A DNA stretch of 64,000 bases. It comes from Euprymna scolopes. Taxonomy: Eukaryota. Below the pieces are notes generated by a model, which was not told the origin of the DNA, did not search any database, and was given only the letters and a program-made list of their open reading frames with translations. The translations under genes were made by a program, and so were the position numbers. The first letter of the stretch is position 1, and the number at the start of each line of letters is the position of its first letter. Location of the stretch: NCBI GenBank assembly GCA_053919585.1, contig CM132819.1; one strand, given 5' to 3'. Below, piece after piece: positions 60,228 through 64,000 of this stretch.

Positions 60228-61147
60228 AGACTTTTCTCGTGTGGCCACTTTTATTGATAGTACACACATGAAACTCTAGTCCTCTTTGAAGTAATCTCCT
60301 CTGACTGCAATGCACTTTTACCATTCCAACAACTTTTGAAAGGCCCCCATAGAAGTTCTCTTGTATGAGTGTCTTGATAACCGTCATCACAGCCTCTTTT
60401 ATCTCTTCAATTGTCTTAAACGACAGCTTCTAAGGTTTTCCTTGAGCTTAGGGAATCACCAAAAGTCACAGGGAGCAATGTGTGGACTATAAGGAAGGTG
60501 AGGAATTGTCTTGATGCCAATTTTGGTCAAATAGTCTGTGACAAGGATGGAGTTGTAAACTGATCTTCTCTGAGCCACCTTGCAACAAACTTTGCACAAA
60601 TCTTCCACATCTTCAGTTCCTCATAAATAACTGTGTGACATCAAACTGTGCTCGTATTGTCTCTATAGAAACACAACGATCCTAATCCATGAAATTCTTT
60701 ACTTGGTCAATCAACTCTGGTGTTCTGACTTCCTTACTTCTACCAAACCTTTTATCATTCCTCACGGGCTCCCTACCTTCCTTGAATCTCCTATCCTACT
60801 CCAAAACTGAGATCAATTTATGTAAGATGGTCCAAACGCAATCTAAACCATTCCATACGTTTTTGTGGCATTTTTTCCAAGTTTAAAACAAAATTTTATC
60901 GCATATCGTTCTTCTAATGTGTTTTCACGTCCAGATTGCATTTTCGAAATTCACCAGCTGAGACAATCAAGCTTTAGTAGGGTGTATTCGAATTCCTGCT
61001 CTAGCTGTTCATTTAAACTTGGAATCATAGCAATTGGTCAATCATCTCATAGGACGTATAGCAATAACATACTAAATTTTCAAGAGTCTATGACAATTTT
61101 AAATACCTGTACAAAAAATGTCTGAAAACTTATTGAGGGTACTTCAT
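60228..61147 (-). mobile_element. Mariner (DD34D-type) element remnant
   Basis: Minus strand PYSPHIAPCDFW*FPKL (YSPDLAPxD motif) and a C-terminal tail; cagacttttctcgt.. is mirrored by ..acaaaaaatgtctgaaaacttattga, ending at TA. Confidence 0.85.
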
Positions 61148-61164
61148 ATATATATATTAGTGTA

Positions 61165-61620
61165 TCAAAGGATATCAAACACAGAAGTCTTCACTCGTGC
61201 TGGGCTCCCTGGCATATTTACTATCTTGATGAAAGTCCAGATTTGCTGGGCAGGTCATATAGCCCACATGCCAGACTACAAATAGCCCAAGAAGCGGCTG
61301 TTTAATGAGCTTCAGCATGGTAATTGCTCCCATGGTGGACAGAGAAAACGATTTAAAGATATTTTGAAGGCATAAATGAAGGCCTTCAATGTTGATCCGT
61401 CATCATCGGAACAGACAACTTGAAATAGAATCAAGTCCTTGTTCATGAAAGTGATAGGAAAACTGCTTCTGTGAAACGTAGGCAGAACATAAAGAATAAT
61501 GATTTAAGCCCTCGACATTTGCTACTATTCCCTGTCCCCACTACAACAAAACTTTCCTAGCATAGATTGGGCTTATCAACAATTCTTGCACTCACCAATG
61601 ATGACATCATCACCCTACTC
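61165..61620 (+). mobile_element. RTE-clade LINE 3' remnant
   Basis: AGLPGIFTILMKVQICWAGHIAHMPDYK*PKKRLFNEL..GGQRKRFKDILK plus a degenerate terminal C2H2. Confidence 0.85.
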
Positions 61621-62171
61621 TCCAGGAATGATAAGATGGTCCTCAATGTTTTTTTTTCCATGTCAAGTGCAATCAATTCTGTCAAATGACCTTTCAGTTC
61701 ACCTCGACTAGATATTAAAACTACTCTAAGCAATGTTGACCATGAATTGGTGACCATGTGATCGAACCAATTGCTGTTATGTTATTTAATATATATTTAA
61801 TTTTGGCCAATTTATTAAACCACCTCTCTTTCCTCTGGCCAAGAGTTAAATAATAGTGGGAACTAGATTTTCAAAGCCCATACATGCATGCAGAAATTTA
61901 GATGGCAAAATTTAATGACCAAATCAGGCATAAAGCCTTGGGATCATGTTCATATTTATTCACAATAAAATAATGTTTACAATTAGCTATAATTGAACAT
62001 AAAAATGGATGTAGTAAATTAGCCACATGACCAAAATTGTTTGGGGGGATTGGAGGAGGGCAATAGTCGTATAACCTTTATTCTGACTACTTTGCCTAAA
62101 TCTAAACTAGGTTCAATCATCATAATACCACATTTATTCTATGGGCTAAGTCTACCTTGAAAAGTCCCCAA

Positions 62172-62232
<61 letters not shown>

Positions 62233-62233
62233 G
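62172..62233. repeat. (TCTA)n microsatellite
   Basis: Directly visible. Confidence 0.95.
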
Positions 62234-63210
62234 CAATTATATAAAAAGGAACTTTGTGTTTGTCTGTGTGTGTTTGATTTTGTTCCCTATAGATTCCGAT
62301 TTTTATGAAATTTTGCACAAATGTACTTTATGTATCTGCAATGTCCGTAGATAGATATTATACCAAAATGTTTTCGATAAGTATTGATAATAGATAATCA
62401 AAATGACTTTTTTCATTTTAAACTTTAATTCAAGCCATTATCAACGCACAAGCAGAAAGGCCAGGCATATAAAACAAACAGTAGGCTCTTTGATAATGAC
62501 AGGGTCGCAGTCGAAATGAATGTTTCTGTTTAGAGTATAACTGAACCATGATACTTAACTATTGTATTTTAAACTTTAATTTAAGCCATTATATATAAAA
62601 CAAATAAATCAATTCAAGTCATTATATATAAAACAAATAAATCAATTCAAGTCATTATATATAAAACAAATAAATCAATTCAAGTCATTATATATAAAAC
62701 AAATAAATCAATTCAAGTCATTATATATAAAACAAATAAATCAATTCAAGTCATTATATATAAAACAAATAAATCAATTCAAGTCATTATATATAAAACA
62801 AATAAATCAATTCAAGTCATTATATATAAAACAAATAAATCAATTCAAGTCATTATATATAAAACAAATAAATCAATTCAAGTCATTATATATAAAACAA
62901 ATAAATCAATTCAAGTCATTATATATAAAACAAATAAATCAATTCAAGTCATTATATATAAAACAAATAAATCAATTCAAGTCATTATATATAAAACAAA
63001 TAAATCAATTCAAGTCATTATATATAAAACAAATAAATCAATTCAAGTCATTATATATAAAACAAATAAATCAATTCAAGTCATTATATATAAAACAAAT
63101 AAATCAATTCAAGTCATTATATATAAAACAAATAAATCAATTCAAGTCATTATATATAAAAAAAAATCTATAAAATCAACAGTAGGTACTCTACAGTGCA
63201 ATGTAAAACA
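62229..63210 (+). mobile_element. Non-autonomous Helitron-like element (22007-22852 family), 3'-truncated, containing a minisatellite
   Basis: 62240-62600 and 63165-63210 are reverse complements of parts of 22215-22850. Confidence 0.8.
62578..63162 (+). repeat. 33-bp minisatellite (aattcaagtcattatatataaaacaaataaatc), ~17-18 near-perfect copies
   Basis: Exact 33-bp period from 62611 to 63139. Confidence 0.97.
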
Positions 63211-63914
63211 CTGCATCCACAACTCCCCCACTTAAACTGGCTTCTCTCTAATAAATCTGGTTCCTATCACAGGAACTCCTTACGTTTCAATGCAATATAA
63301 CTTGTTTGAAATGAACAAAAGTTAAGAAAAAAACATTAAACTATATTAGAAACACGAAAACTCCAAAATAGCACCAATCCTTTTCCGTGTAATCCAACAT
63401 TGCTTTCAGGCATCTTGGATTTCACCTTCTTTGCCACTGAACAATGTTTGAGATAAGTGCGTTTAGACAATGAAATCTTTACTTCATTATAAACCCTTCA
63501 TTGCATGGGTAACCTTTCATTTGATATCTATTGTTTCTCACAAGAGAGAAGGACGCCAGTGTCTGTGACCATTTAACATTTCCTGCCGTTGGATGGACAG
63601 ATTTAGATTCTAGCAATTGTCAGCTAATAATTTTTACTGGTTGGTATAAGTAAACCGACAGCTAAGATTTTTTTCTTGTTCAGCCATGAAACAGATTGTG
63701 GTGAATAGTTACTTCCAATGACGAAGTTATAAGCTTATATTGAGAATGAAAATTGCATTACCAGTAAGAAAAATGAGCGTTTTTTTCCGTGGAAATGGTT
63801 TCATATTGAATTATCTGTGGAAAACACTTTGGAAACAACCTATTGAATTGTAATTCAATCAGATATATCAAAAAAAAAAAAAACTTTGGGAAAAGTTGGC
63901 AGCTTTGTAAAAGA

Positions 63915-64000
63915 TGGTGAAGATGAAGAAGAAAAATAATTAAAATGATGATGATGATGATGCTGGAGGAGGAGGAAGAAGAAGAAGAAGAAGAAGAAGA
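63915..64000. repeat. (GAT)/(GGA)/(GAA) low-complexity tract
   Basis: Directly visible. Confidence 0.9.

Noticed and set aside
63215-63800. Possible RLE-type LINE remnant on the minus strand
   Set aside because: Motifs are too degenerate to support by eye; needs blastx

Overview
This is AT-rich, gap-containing eukaryotic (metazoan) DNA, apparently intergenic or intronic, and made up almost entirely of decayed repeats. The repeat types resemble those I recall from coleoid cephalopod assemblies, but that is unverified. No intact host protein-coding gene can be supported. Identifiable content: about 14 5'-truncated copies of two CR1-group (Zenon-like) LINE families; RTE and R4/Dong-type LINE remnants; several Penelope-like element (PLE; RT and GIY-YIG) remnants; mariner and maT (DD37D) transposase relics; a Helitron Pif1-helicase relic with many non-autonomous Helitron/HINE elements, two of which contain tandem arrays (25-bp and 33-bp units); MITEs; 5S- and tRNA-derived SINE-like sequences; and many microsatellites. 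The most striking signal is absent from the ORF track: about a dozen type-I hammerhead-ribozyme (HHR) motifs in roughly six sequence families. Some lie downstream of tRNA-like Pol III A/B boxes in tandem ~340-bp units (retrozyme-like). Several sit in head-to-head fold-back pairs. Their 3' tails repeatedly end in (TA)n tracts. Together this suggests a PLE-mobilised, (TA)n-associated system of non-coding ribozyme retroelements. All folds and alignments were made by eye, and boundaries are approximate.
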